From NCBI GenBank assembly GCA_019828565.1, contig JAHDYR010000011.1, forward strand, positions 357,214 to 421,213: 64,000 bases of DNA, read 5' to 3'. A program made the position numbers and the translations under genes. The notes beneath the pieces are model-generated. The model was not told where the DNA came from. It did no database searches and saw only the letters and a list, made by a program, of their open reading frames with translations. Below are positions 21,511 to 32,810 of the stretch, one piece after another. How positions within the stretch are numbered: the first letter of the stretch is position 1; every line of letters starts with the position of its first letter. Source of the stretch: Carpediemonas membranifera BICM (taxonomy: Eukaryota > Protista > Fornicata).

Positions 21511-24261
21511 TTAAAAGTGGGGCCCGAGAAGGCTGAGGTTCATCCTCCTGGTGAGGTCCTCGTTTGTTCTGATGGCGTCAGCGACATAGCTGCGGAGGGA
21601 GGTGACGTCCTTCCATGTGCCCATTGAGAGGATCACCTCCAGCGGGACTCCTGATAGAGCCATCTCCGACGCTGCCCCCTTACGGAAGCTGTGGAGACCC
21701 GTCCGTGGACCGAACAACGCCTTCACGACTCGTCGGAGGTGTGCGGCTGTGAGCGGTTTGTCTCTGCTCAGGCGCCCGTTGACTATGACTCGCCAGATGG
21801 GGGTGTCATCAGCCAGGTAGTGTGTGCCCTCGACCCAGCGTCTAAGTGCCAAGGCCGGGTTGAAGGCGGCTGATAGCCATACGTATGGTACGCGCTTCTT
21901 AACTCCCGTTAGGATGGTCTTGGTCCGCTGAATGTGTAGGAGAATGTCGCCGTTCTTGAGTAGCTCCAGGTCGGCCGGGCATAGGGAGAGTATCTCGATG
22001 CCTCTGGACACCGTCAGATAGGCGACTGCCCCAAAGAGACATGCCTGATATGACTCAAAGTCGTCACTCCGGCGCCCCAGTGCCTCGATCATCTCAGCCT
22101 TGGTGATGGCGCGCGAGCCGCCGGTAGTTCCCGCCGTGCTGGCGCCCTTAGCCGCCTGCTTAACGATGTACTTGGAGTTGGCGGGCGGATGCCAGTCTTT
22201 GAGGAACTCCTGTAGCTGAACAATCCAGTAGCCCTTCCTCGCCACGTTCGATGGCCCGCAGAAGGAGCCTTCGTCCTTGAGGAAGGCTACAAGCTGGTCT
22301 CGATCCGACAGGCTGCGATCGCGAGAGCCTTCGAACCTGGCCACCCAGCCGGCCACCGTCCGAGCAGACGCGTGATTAAGGTGAATCACTCTGTCCGACC
22401 TGAGGACTCTGTGGAAAACGTCCTGAACGCCATCACATTGAACCGTAGGCGTCCTCTGTCCTGTAGGTGAAGTAGGTGGGCCAGATCTGAGCTCGAAGCC
22501 GGGACGGAGAGACGGAGTTTCCAGGACGTCCAACTCTTGAGGAGTCTCATCTCCGGCGCTTGAACCTCTGGGTAGAGGAGAAAGACTGCTGAGGTCCAAG
22601 ACCTCGGGTGTCCAGTCTGAGTCTGAACTCTCGCTGTCGCTATCTTCTGGACTATGGCTGCCATAGACGAATTGGGGGCCCAGAGGACGCGACATCCAAG
22701 CCTTACGTCTACGTCCGCTGAGACTGTCTGGACTGGACCCCACTCCGCGAGGACAGATTCCATGCTGGACTCCAGAGAGGAAGGGAGTCGTGAGAAGCCT
22801 CTGGACAGCCGATCTGCTGCCAGGTTGATGATGCCCGGAGTGTGTAGTCCACGGAGTGTCAGGTTCCGGTCCTCCGCCTCCTTCTGGATCTGGGCTAGAA
22901 TGTGCAGGGCCTGAGGTGGAGCCTTCGTAGACCCCGCCTTGTTGAGCCAGGCCAGAGCTGATGTGTTGTCTGAGAAGATCGATAGCTCGCGTTGGGAACT
23001 CTGTCTGCCGATCAGACGGATGCCCTGTAGGATTCCCGCGAGCTCCTTCACGTTGATAGATTCTGCTCTTAGTTCTGGAGTGAACGTGCCCGAGGCTGAG
23101 GTCCCATACTCGCCGTGCACGGCTGCTCCCCACTTGACTCCAGATGCGTCTGTCGATACGACGAGGTCTAAGGAGGGGTGAGCGCCCCAAAGCGACTGAA
23201 GTTCTCTGATGTCTCGGACTGGGCGCTCTCTTAGCAGTAGCAGCCACTCTTGCAGTAGCTCCTTGGAGAGTGGGTCCTGTTGAAGGTGTCTCAGCCGGAG
23301 GAAAGCCCCGTGGGCGGTTGTAGCGAAGTAAGTCAGTCTCCCGAGGATCTTGGCCCAAGTCTCCTGATCGATGGTCTTGCCTGCCAGAGCCTGATGAATG
23401 TGAGAGGAGTAACGTTTGGCCTTGTCCGCCGGGAGGCGTATTGTAAAACTCGCGGAGTCTATCACGAGCCCCAGATAGACCAATGACTGAGTCGGTGCCC
23501 ATTCTGACTTCTCCTCTGAGGTGAGGACACAGAGGTCGGCTAGAGTCCGCCTGATGCGCGGCACCGCCCTCCTCAGGATTTCTCGGTCGCGGTGAAATAA
23601 GAGGAAGTCGTCGAGGTAGACAACGATGGTAAGACCCGTCCGAAGGGCTAGTATCTTGGCGAGTTGGTTGGTGATCGTCTGAAACACGAACGGCGATGCG
23701 CGCCAGCCGAAGCCTAGCACTCTGTACTGAAACGCTCGTCCGTCTGGAAGATAGACTCCTAGCAGCTTGCGGTCCTCCTTCCGTACTGGTACTTGATGGT
23801 ACCCGGACTTGAGGTCGAACTTGACCATCCAGTCGCCCCTCTGGAGAAGGGAGAGAGCTCTGCGCAGACCGTAGAGCCGGAAGGATGAGCGCTCTGCCGA
23901 GCAGTCGTTCAGTATCGTGAGGTTGTGAATGATCCTCTTCGACTCGCCCTTCGGCACAGTAAACAGCGAGGCGGTGTGTCGCAGGGAAGAGGGATTCACT
24001 TGCTCTATGACGCCTGTCTCTATCAAGGAAGGAATCTGCTGGACAATGAATGGGTCGACTGTCGGCTGTTGCCTTGGTGCTGGTGGTTGACTTCTCAGAC
24101 GGATCTCGACCCCGTATCGTAACCAGTTGATCACCCGTTGTGATGCTCCCAACCTCTGCCACTCCCTCCACGCCGCGTTCATGCATGGAAAGAGGGTTAG
24201 GTGTGGGCTCTCTTGCCGGAGGATCCTGTCTGAGTGCGACCTCGGTCCTGAGCGCGGCCAC
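21511..24261 (-). CDS. DIRS-2 tyrosine recombinase ORF (fully overlaps RT in another frame)
   Basis: SRGIE, RTKT, HSFRKG, GTWKD, RSY catalytic motifs. Confidence 0.92.
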   Translation of the reverse strand: MAALRTEVALRQDPPAREPTPNPLSMHERGVEGVAEVGSITTGDQLVTIRGRDPSEKSTTSTKATADSRPIHCPADSFLDRDRRHRASESLFPATHRLAVYCAEGRVEEDHSQPHDTERLLGRALILPALRSAQSSLPSPEGRLDGQVRPQVRVPSSTSTEGGPQAARSLSSRRTSVSVQSARLRLARIAVRVSDDHQPTRQDTSPSDGSYHRCLPRRLPLISPRPRNPEEGGAAHQADSSRPLCPHLRGEVRMGTDSVIGLSGARDRLREFYNTPPGGQGQTLLLSHSSGSGRQDHRSGDLGQDPRETDLLRYNRPRGFPPAETPSTGPTLQGATARVAATAKRAPSPRHQRTSVALGRSPLLRPRRIDRRIWSQVGSSRARRVWDLSLGHVHSRTKSRIYQREGARGNPTGHPSDRQTEFPTRAIDLLRQHISSGLAQQGGVYEGSTSGPAHSSPDPEGGGGPEPDTPWTTHSGHHQPGSRSAVQRLLTTPFLSGVQHGICPRGVGSSPDSLSGRRRKAWMSRPLGPQFVYGSHSPEDSDSESSDSDWTPEVLDLSSLSPLPRGSSAGDETPQELDVLETPSLRPGFELRSGPPTSPTGQRTPTVQCDGVQDVFHRVLRSDRVIHLNHASARTVAGWVARFEGSRDRSLSDRDQLVAFLKDEGSFCGPSNVARKGYWIVQLQEFLKDWHPPANSKYIVKQAAKGASTAGTTGGSRAITKAEMIEALGRRSDDFESYQACLFGAVAYLTVSRGIEILSLCPADLELLKNGDILLHIQRTKTILTGVKKRVPYVWLSAAFNPALALRRWVEGTHYLADDTPIWRVIVNGRLSRDKPLTAAHLRRVVKALFGPRTGLHSFRKGAASEMALSGVPLEVILSMGTWKDVTSLRSYVADAIRTNEDLTRRMNLSLLGPHF
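22386..24182 (-). CDS. DIRS-2 RT-RNase H with degenerate methyltransferase-like tail (copy 2)
   Basis: Same motifs as copy 1. Confidence 0.93.
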   Translation of the reverse strand: MNAAWREWQRLGASQRVINWLRYGVEIRLRSQPPAPRQQPTVDPFIVQQIPSLIETGVIEQVNPSSLRHTASLFTVPKGESKRIIHNLTILNDCSAERSSFRLYGLRRALSLLQRGDWMVKFDLKSGYHQVPVRKEDRKLLGVYLPDGRAFQYRVLGFGWRASPFVFQTITNQLAKILALRTGLTIVVYLDDFLLFHRDREILRRAVPRIRRTLADLCVLTSEEKSEWAPTQSLVYLGLVIDSASFTIRLPADKAKRYSSHIHQALAGKTIDQETWAKILGRLTYFATTAHGAFLRLRHLQQDPLSKELLQEWLLLLRERPVRDIRELQSLWGAHPSLDLVVSTDASGVKWGAAVHGEYGTSASGTFTPELRAESINVKELAGILQGIRLIGRQSSQRELSIFSDNTSALAWLNKAGSTKAPPQALHILAQIQKEAEDRNLTLRGLHTPGIINLAADRLSRGFSRLPSSLESSMESVLAEWGPVQTVSADVDVRLGCRVLWAPNSSMAAIVQKIATARVQTQTGHPRSWTSAVFLLYPEVQAPEMRLLKSWTSWKLRLSVPASSSDLAHLLHLQDRGRLRFNVMAFRTFSTESSGRTE

Positions 24262-24679
24262 CGCGGCGAAAATTAGCGTCGCGCTTATCGCCCTTAGACT
24301 TGGCGCGGGCCGCCAGTTCCAGGACCTCGTCGCGATCAGGCACGCCCTTCGCCTTGCAATAGTTCTCGAACCGCTCTGCAGTAGCGTCAGTGTACACGTC
24401 CTTGATTAGAAGGTACTGGATTCTTGCAAAGAGAATGTTCCCGATCTCCTTCATCTTTGCGCCGTTCTCGATCCTATTCATGGTCTTGTATACGAATCTG
24501 GCCTCATCTTCGAGGCCGAACCTCTTTGGCATCTCCAGGAACAGTGGACGGCGAGCTGCTTCTGCTTGCTGCTCCAAAATTGCTTCCGATTGTATCTTAA
24601 CCAAGCGCTCCAGCTTCTCGATACGCTTGTTAAGCTCATCGGGACTGTCTTGCGGCGGCAGGTCTTCGTTATCAGACAT
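24197..24679 (-). CDS. DIRS-2 Gag-like ORF1 (also at 20497-20979 and 32247-32729)
   Basis: ATG (MSDNED) immediately after the A repeat; coiled-coil. Confidence 0.7.
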   Translation of the reverse strand: MSDNEDLPPQDSPDELNKRIEKLERLVKIQSEAILEQQAEAARRPLFLEMPKRFGLEDEARFVYKTMNRIENGAKMKEIGNILFARIQYLLIKDVYTDATAERFENYCKAKGVPDRDEVLELAARAKSKGDKRDANFRRGGRAQDRGRTQTGSSGKRAHT

Positions 24680-26450
24680 CCTGCCGATGCGTTTCGAAGT
24701 GTGACCTAAAGTGCACATTGATCGGCGCGCGCAGGTGCCAGTGATGGTCCTGTGACAGGATCCACAAAGTGTGGCTCTATAACAGAGAGCCCTCCTCTTA
24801 AATCCAACCAAAATGGGACAATCCCGCAAGACGTCCCTGTGGGACTAAAGCTTTGGGCCGGCGAGTCTATCTCGCCTCGACCAGAGTTAAGAATTAATGA
24901 TGAATCCAGGCCGGCGAGTCCGTCTCGCCTCGGCCGTTCCCCTCGAACGCGGATGTTTAATGGAGGGGGTGGTTAAAAGTGGGGCCCGAGAAGGCTGAGG
25001 TTCATCCTCCTGGTGAGGTCCTCGTTTGTTCTGATGGCGTCAGCGACATAGCTGCGGAGGGAGGTGACGTCCTTCCATGTGCCCATTGAGAGGATCACCT
25101 CCAGCGGGACTCCTGATAGAGCCATCTCCGACGCTGCCCCCTTACGGAAGCTGTGGAGACCCGTCCGTGGACCGAACAACGCCTTCACGACTCGTCGGAG
25201 GTGTGCGGCTGTGAGCGGTTTGTCTCTGCTCAGGCGCCCGTTGACTATGACTCGCCAGATGGGGGTGTCATCAGCCAGGTAGTGTGTGCCCTCGACCCAG
25301 CGTCTAAGTGCCAAGGCCGGGTTGAAGGCGGCTGATAGCCATACGTATGGTACGCGCTTCTTAACTCCCGTTAGGATGGTCTTGGTCCGCTGAATGTGTA
25401 GGAGAATGTCGCCGTTCTTGAGTAGCTCCAGGTCGGCCGGGCATAGGGAGAGTATCTCGATGCCTCTGGACACCGTCAGATAGGCGACTGCCCCAAAGAG
25501 ACATGCCTGATATGACTCAAAGTCGTCACTCCGGCGCCCCAGTGCCTCGATCATCTCAGCCTTGGTGATGGCGCGCGAGCCGCCGGTAGTTCCCGCCGTG
25601 CTGGCGCCCTTAGCCGCCTGCTTAACGATGTACTTGGAGTTGGCGGGCGGATGCCAGTCTTTGAGGAACTCCTGTAGCTGAACAATCCAGTAGCCCTTCC
25701 TCGCCACGTTCGATGGCCCGCAGAAGGAGCCTTCGTCCTTGAGGAAGGCTACAAGCTGGTCTCGATCCGACAGGCTGCGATCGCGAGAGCCTTCGAACCT
25801 GGCCACCCAGCCGGCCACCGTCCGAGCAGACGCGTGATTAAGGTGAATCACTCTGTCCGACCTGAGGACTCTGTGGAAAACGTCCTGAACGCCATCACAT
25901 TGAACCGTAGGCGTCCTCTGTCCTGTAGGTGAAGTAGGTGGGCCAGATCTGAGCTCGAAGCCGGGACGGAGAGACGGAGTTTCCAGGACGTCCAACTCTT
26001 GAGGAGTCTCATCTCCGGCGCTTGAACCTCTGGGTAGAGGAGAAAGACTGCTGAGGTCCAAGACCTCGGGTGTCCAGTCTGAGTCTGAACTCTCGCTGTC
26101 GCTATCTTCTGGACTATGGCTGCCATAGACGAATTGGGGGCCCAGAGGACGCGACATCCAAGCCTTACGTCTACGTCCGCTGAGACTGTCAGGACTGGAC
26201 CCCACTCCGCGAGGACAGATTCCATGCTGGACTCCAGAGAGGAAGGGAGTCGTGAGAAGCCTCTGGACAGCCGATCTGCTGCCAGGTTGATGATGCCCGG
26301 AGTGTGTAGTCCACGGAGTGTCAGGTTCCGGTCCTCCGCCTCCTTCTGGATCTGGGCTAGAATGTGCAGGGCCTGAGGTGGAGCCTTCGTAGACCCCGCC
26401 TTGTTGAGCCAGGCCAGAGCTGATGTGTTGTCTGAGAAGATCGATAGCTC

Positions 26451-26511
26451 TGTGCCGGGGCGAAGAGATTGGAACATTTACATAAACTGCGGACGTGGAT
26501 GCCTTATGACA
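26451..26511 (-). repeat. Ty3-4 3' LTR
   Basis: Identical to 30974-31034. Confidence 0.97.
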
Positions 26512-29500
26512 TCCTACCCCCCTTAAGCTTGAGCTTGTGGGACTTGAGGTAGTCACGTGCCGCAGTGACGTGGCGGAGCCCGTCAGCGGGTTCCCATGTG
26601 GGATCGTAGTCGCCCTCCTAGCAGACGAGGAGCTGCAGTGTGCCGTTGCGGCGACGGTGCTTCTCGATGCCTTGCACGACGTACGTCTGCTCGTCGGAGG
26701 CGGCGAGGTTCTTCAGGCGGCTGAGCCCCGACTTGGTGTTGAAAGGAAGGACCTGGTCTACGTGAGCCATGAAGGGGGCGCTCTCGAAAAGGTCGACCAG
26801 CTGAAGGGTGTTGTTGTCCTTGATGGCGAGAATCTTGAACGGGCCGGCGAAGCCATGCAGCTTTGGGGTCTTCGTCCGGTTGAGCAGGACGAGGTCGCCT
26901 TCCTTGAAGCTAGTCGGCTGGCGGTCGGCGTTGGCCTTGGCGAGGCGCTTGTCTACAGTCTCGCGCTGCTTCTCGGCCGCCCTAGAGGTCAACTTGGAGA
27001 GGTGGGCTCGAAGTAAAAGTGATGTAGGCTGAGGCTGAGGCAAGGGGCGAGTCATTGTCGCTCGGTCGGAGGATTCTAGCGACTGTGGAGCTGGGGTCGA
27101 GTTGGTCTCCATACAGCATGGCGTGGGGTGTGACCCCAGTGGCGCTGCAGGTGGTTGTGTTCAGCAGCAGCTGAACTACCGGAAGGAGGTCGCTCCAACG
27201 GGAGAACTTGTCGAATTGGAGGATCAAACAGCGAAGATGCTTCATGACCTCCGCGTTACGACGCTCTACCAGCCCATTCGACTGAGGGTGGTAGGGGAGG
27301 GTGAATTGCTGGGTGATGTCCGCGCTTTCGAGCAGGGCCTTGACGACGTTGCCGGTGAACTCAGGCCCGTTGTCGGACTTGATGAACAGGGGAGTCCCAT
27401 GACGGGTAATCACCTGGCGCCAGAGGGCCTCTGACGCTGCATCAGCTGTGTTCTCGTCCGTCGCGGCCAACTCAGTGTAGCGAGTAAACATATCGACCAT
27501 AACTGTGATGTATCTGGAGCCGACTGCGTCTGCCGGGATTGGACCAATAGTATCCACTGCGACAGTGTGGAACGGTTTGTACACTGCTGTTGTGCGGAGC
27601 TCTGCCTCGGCGAAGTTGCGTAGGCGAGCTTTCTGGCACTCGTCACATGAGGCGATGAACTCCTCGACATCTGTTGTGCAGCCTGTCCAGGTATAGCCGT
27701 CTGCTCTCAGGCGTTCGATGGTAGCCTTGGCGCCGTGGTGTCCTCTGTGGGCGATCTGTATCAGCTCCTTTCGGAGGGGTCTGCACACGGTTGAAGTAGG
27801 GATGACGACGAGGCCGTCCTTGCGGCGAAGACCGTCGCTGTCTACGGTCAGCTTGGAGACGGTAGAGTCGTCTGTCTGGTGTTTGATGAGTGTGTCATGG
27901 TAGCGGGAGTCAGTCGTGATGGCTGCGACAGTGGGCGAGGTCGAGTGACCGCAGCGGCTCAGCGCGTCTGCGACTGCGTTCTGTAGGCCGGGAACGTGCT
28001 CGACATCGAACTTGTAGTCTGCTAATGTCAGTCTCCACCGGTTGATCTTGTCGTTCTCGGATGACTTGGCGATCATGTAAATAAGATTACGGTGGTCGGT
28101 CCGTAGGAGGAACCTCTTCAGGCGTAGGAGGGGTGACAGGGTCGGGTGTGTAAGGCAAAAAGACAATGGCAAATAGCTCCTGCTCACACGTGGCCCAGCG
28201 CGACTGGGTTGACGTGAATGTGTGAGAGAAGTAGGCGAGGACCTGTGTCTTATCGTCCTTTGTCTGCCATAGTACGCCGCCTGCTCCGATGTTGCTAGCG
28301 TCTGTCTCGAGCGTCCAGTCGGCGTCGGCGTCCGGATGTGCGATAAAGAGATCGTCAGTGAACAGGGTCTTCAGGCCGTCGAAAGCGGCGTCGTGCTCCG
28401 CTGTCCATTCCCACAGACGGTCCTTTTGCAGAAGATCGTTGAGAGGTCTCATGTACTCGTGTCGTGTATGGGGAACGAATGATGCGAGGTACTGGAACTG
28501 TCCGAGGACTACGCGAAGCTCGTGGACGTTGGTGGGTGCAGGTAGATCGCGTAGGGCTTGGGTCCTGGCTGGGTCGACGTGTACTCCGGCCTGGTCGACC
28601 GTAAAGCCGACAATCTTGGCGCTGGTGGTGCCGAAGACTCCCTTCTTGGCGCTGAACTGAACGCCTGCAGCGTCCGCGCGTGTGAGCAGGTCGCGGAGAA
28701 TGCGTAGGAAGGAGTCATCGTCACGGGCGTAGATGAATATGTCGTCGATGTAGGGGTTGGCGCCCTTGTACAACAGTGGGGCGAGCATGCCTTCGATCTC
28801 CCGCTGGAAGTGAGAAGGCGCGTTGCAAAGGCCGAACGGCATCCTGAGGAATTCCTCGTAGACGCCCGGGGCGGTGAAGGCCGTCTTAGGCACGTCGTCT
28901 GGGTGCATGGCCACCTGCCAGTAGCCCGACGTCAGGTCTAGCGTCGCAAAGCGTGTGCAGCCCGACGCGAGGTTGAGGAGTTCTCGCATGTTGGGGATCG
29001 GGTGCCGGTCGGGTACTGTCCAAGAGTTGAGGCGGCCGTAGTCGATACAGAGACGGTAGGCGTCGCCCTTTGCGACCAGGACGATGGGGCTTGCGTAAGG
29101 CCCCTCAGAGGGCTGTGTGATCTCGTCCTGGCGCAGGCGCTCGACGTATGGCAACAGCCACTCCAGCTTCTTCGGGTGTAGGTTGCGCGGGCGAAGACGG
29201 ATCGGAGGGGCGTTGTCGTAAAGCGGGATGCGCATAGGGGCAAACGAGCACGGCTGTTTGCTTATGACGGGGTCGAATAGGTGATCGAACCGACGGAGGA
29301 TCGAATGTAGCTCGTCGGTCTGGGCCTTGGTGGAGAGCTCGTGTATCTCACACGCGTCGGTGTGAAACTCGCTTGAGGAGACGGCCTCGACGGGGGCGTC
29401 GAGGTACTTGTGGAGTGGGAGTCCATCGGTGGCGTCCTCCGGGCGTGAATCCGGAAGAAGTGGGATGTGGAGGCCACTCTCGGAGAGATAACCGAGCGCG

Positions 29501-30957
29501 CGAAGCACGTCGCATCCAATGAGCACACGTTCAGTGGCGCGCGTCATGATGTAGAGGATGAGATCGACGATGACGTTTCCAGATGTGCTGGGCAACGTGA
29601 TCCGCGCTTGGACGTAGTGAGTGATGAGGATGGGCTCATTGGTAACGGACTGAACAGTAAATGGCTTTTCAAGCTCATGTGTGACGAGTTGGAGCGTCTT
29701 AACGGAGGTTGTGGAGATGATCGTGATTGCGGAGCCGCTATCGATCAATATCACCTGTTCTTGGTCATTCACAGCTCCCTTAACTGAGAATGCAGTTGAA
29801 GCGGCAACTTCTTCGATAAAGGCATCATCACAAGCATTGTGTGCGACTTCGACTTCGTGGACTCCTGGACGAGAGTTGATCAGCTTGGATCTGTCCCGGA
29901 GCACCATGTTCCCAGCGCGTCTCTCGTCGGGGCGAGGCTGTGGCTGCTGGGATGACTGTTGCTGCTGCTTCTGAGCAGCTGGTGCCGGCTGTGGCTGAGC
30001 CGGTTTGTTGGCCGCTTGGGGCTGGCGTTGCGGCTGAGGTGCCGGTCTGGCGTCGCGGGCCGCGGCGGGGTGGCCTTTGGTAGCCTGGGGCTGTCCGGGC
30101 GTGCTGCCGCGGTGCGGGCAATCATCCTTCCAGTGCATGCCTCCACAGGAGCACGCGTATGGAGGAGGGCGCCGGCGCTCGCGGCGGGATCTGGTGTTGG
30201 CGTTCTGGCTATGTTTCGGGCCAGTGCTGGAGCTCGTGATGGAGCTCGTGCTGGAGGATGTGATGGATATGTCTTGAATCACGCTTCCGAGGACTTCACG
30301 GGCGTCAATGGCGTGCAGTATGAGCTCGCGCGTGTGCACAAATAAGCTATCGATGTCCCGGGCGCCAGAGAGGTCCCACTTTTGCTGAATACGGTTGGCA
30401 AGTGAGACCGGGCGAAGGGCGGCGATAAAAGCTTTGGCGATGATCTTATCGAGTCCGCGGGTGGGGCTGGCTTTTCTCGGGGTGTCCTGCTCACTCGGCG
30501 TGCTGTCTGGCTTCTGGGTGATGACCTTGCTGAGGGCGGCCTCGTCTTCATCCACCTCGGCGGGCTCGGGCTCTGGCTTGGCGCCGAGCTCGGCGTTGAG
30601 AAGGGCATGGGCGTGGGAGCGCAGCTCCTCGGTCTCAGCCATGAGACGAGATACGGCCTCGATCGTGGACTTGGTTCGGTCCTGCGTGAGGGCCCGGATT
30701 TCTTGGATGGTTTTCTCAAGGGTTCTCGGGAAAGAAAGAGCGGTGATTTCGGCGAGAAGTTCTGCGTCGTTGAGTGCTTCGACGTCGACGTTGCGGACAA
30801 ATCGGACATGACTGACTTGATCCTCGGTGAGGCACTCGTAAGCCGTTATGACGGTTGTGGTAGGAGCATGCTTCTGCGCGAACGTGAGGGCGCGTTTGAA
30901 CGCGCGAACGGACTCTCTAGAGAAGTCCGATAGTGATGGCGGAATCCAATTATTCAT
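26504..30957 (-). CDS. gag-pol: Ty3-4 Gag-Pol with two homopolymer frameshifts (near 28159 and 27016) and a TAG in the chromodomain (26618-26620)
   Basis: CSCGGMHWKDDC, LIDSGSA, YIDD, ETDAS, DTIGP, FAGPF, YVVQGIEKHR..LLVC*EG..PTWEP; frame ends at a TAA inside the 3' LTR. Confidence 0.9.
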
Positions 30958-30973
30958 TTCGGAAAGTGATCAC

Positions 30974-31034
30974 TGTGCCGGGGCGAAGAGATTGGAACAT
31001 TTACATAAACTGCGGACGTGGATGCCTTATGACA
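30974..31034 (-). repeat. Ty3-4 5' LTR
   Basis: Identical to 26451-26511. Confidence 0.97.
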
Positions 31035-32810
31035 GCTCGCGTTGGGAACTCTGTCTGCCGATCAGACGGATGCCCTGTAGGATTCCCGCGAGCTCCTTCA
31101 CGTTGATAGATTCTGCTCTTAGTTCTGGAGTGAACGTGCCCGAGGCTGAGGTCCCATACTCGCCGTGCACGGCTGCTCCCCACTTGACTCCAGATGCGTC
31201 TGTCGATACGACGAGGTCTAAGGAGGGGTGAGCGCCCCAAAGCGACTGAAGTTCTCTGATGTCTCGGACTGGGCGCTCTCTTAGCAGTAGCAGCCACTCT
31301 TGCAGTAGCTCCTTGGAGAGTGGGTCCTGTTGAAGGTGTCTCAGCCGGAGGAAAGCCCCGTGGGCGGTTGTAGCGAAGTAAGTCAGTCTCCCGAGGATCT
31401 TGGCCCAAGTCTCCTGATCGATGGTCTTGCCTGCCAGAGCCTGATGAATGTGAGAGGAGTAACGTTTGGCCTTGTCCGCCGGGAGGCGTATTGTAAAACT
31501 CGCGGAGTCTATCACGAGCCCCAGATAGACCAATGACTGAGTCGGTGCCCATTCTGACTTCTCCTCTGAGGTGAGGACACAGAGGTCGGCTAGAGTCCGC
31601 CTGATGCGCGGCACCGCCCTCCTCAGGATTTCTCGGTCGCGGTGAAATAAGAGGAAGTCGTCGAGGTAGACAACGATGGTAAGACCCGTCCGAAGGGCTA
31701 GTATCTTGGCGAGTTGGTTGGTGATCGTCTGAAACACGAACGGCGATGCGCGCCAGCCGAAGCCTAGCACTCTGTACTGAAACGCTCGTCCGTCTGGAAG
31801 ATAGACTCCTAGCAGCTTGCGGTCCTCCTTCCGTACTGGTACTTGATGGTACCCGGACTTGAGGTCGAACTTGACCATCCAGTCGCCCCTCTGGAGAAGG
31901 GAGAGAGCTCTGCGCAGACCGTAGAGCCGGAAGGATGAGCGCTCTGCCGAGCAGTCGTTCAGTATCGTGAGGTTGTGAATGATCCTCTTCGACTCGCCCT
32001 TCGGCACAGTAAACAGCGAGGCGGTGTGTCGCAGGGAAGAGGGATTCACTTGCTCTATGACGCCTGTCTCTATCAAGGAAGGAATCTGCTGGACAATGAA
32101 TGGGTCGACTGTCGGCTGTTGCCTTGGTGCTGGTGGTTGACTTCTCAGACGGATCTCGACCCCGTATCGTAACCAGTTGATCACCCGTTGTGATGCTCCC
32201 AACCTCTGCCACTCCCTCCACGCCGCGTTCATGCATGGAAAGAGGGTTAGGTGTGGGCTCTCTTGCCGGAGGATCCTGTCTGAGTGCGACCTCGGTCCTG
32301 AGCGCGGCCACCGCGGCGAAAATTAGCGTCGCGCTTATCGCCCTTAGACTTGGCGCGGGCCGCCAGTTCCAGGACCTCGTCGCGATCAGGCACGCCCTTC
32401 GCCTTGCAATAGTTCTCGAACCGCTCTGCAGTAGCGTCAGTGTACACGTCCTTGATTAGAAGGTACTGGATTCTTGCAAAGAGAATGTTCCCGATCTCCT
32501 TCATCTTTGCGCCGTTCTCGATCCTATTCATGGTCTTGTATACGAATCTGGCCTCATCTTCGAGGCCGAACCTCTTTGGCATCTCCAGGAACAGTGGACG
32601 GCGAGCTGCTTCTGCTTGCTGCTCCAAAATTGCTTCCGATTGTATCTTAACCAAGCGCTCCAGCTTCTCGATACGCTTGTTAAGCTCATCGGGACTGTCT
32701 TGCGGCGGCAGGTCTTCGTTATCAGACATCCTGCCGATGCGTTTCGAAGTGTGACCTAAAGTGCACATTGATCGGCGCGCGCAGGTGCCAGTGATGGTCC
32801 TGTGACAGGA

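Larger units (their letters stand above)
21061..24760 (-). mobile_element. DIRS-2 copy 2, complete 3700-bp unit
   Basis: A1 24680-24760, B1 21298-21354, A2 21217-21297, spacer 21118-21216, B2 21061-21117; intact gag, RT and YR. Confidence 0.95.
26451..31034 (-). mobile_element. Complete Ty3/gypsy chromodomain element Ty3-4 (4584 bp, identical 61-bp LTRs, 4-bp TSD GCTC)
   Basis: LTRs 30974-31034 and 26451-26511; PPT 26512-26524; empty site visible in DIRS-2 copies 1 and 2. Confidence 0.97.
24761..32810 (-). mobile_element. DIRS-2 copy 3, interrupted by Ty3-4; carries the 5' terminus of the array
   Basis: A1 32730-32810, B1 24761-24817; RT split at 26450/31035. Confidence 0.93.

Noticed and set aside
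5840-28190. Programmed frameshifting or true decay as the explanation for the many Ty3 frameshifts
   Set aside because: All are single extra bases in homopolymer runs within repeats, the LTR pairs are identical or nearly so, and single-copy host genes are intact; unpolished sequencing error is more likely.
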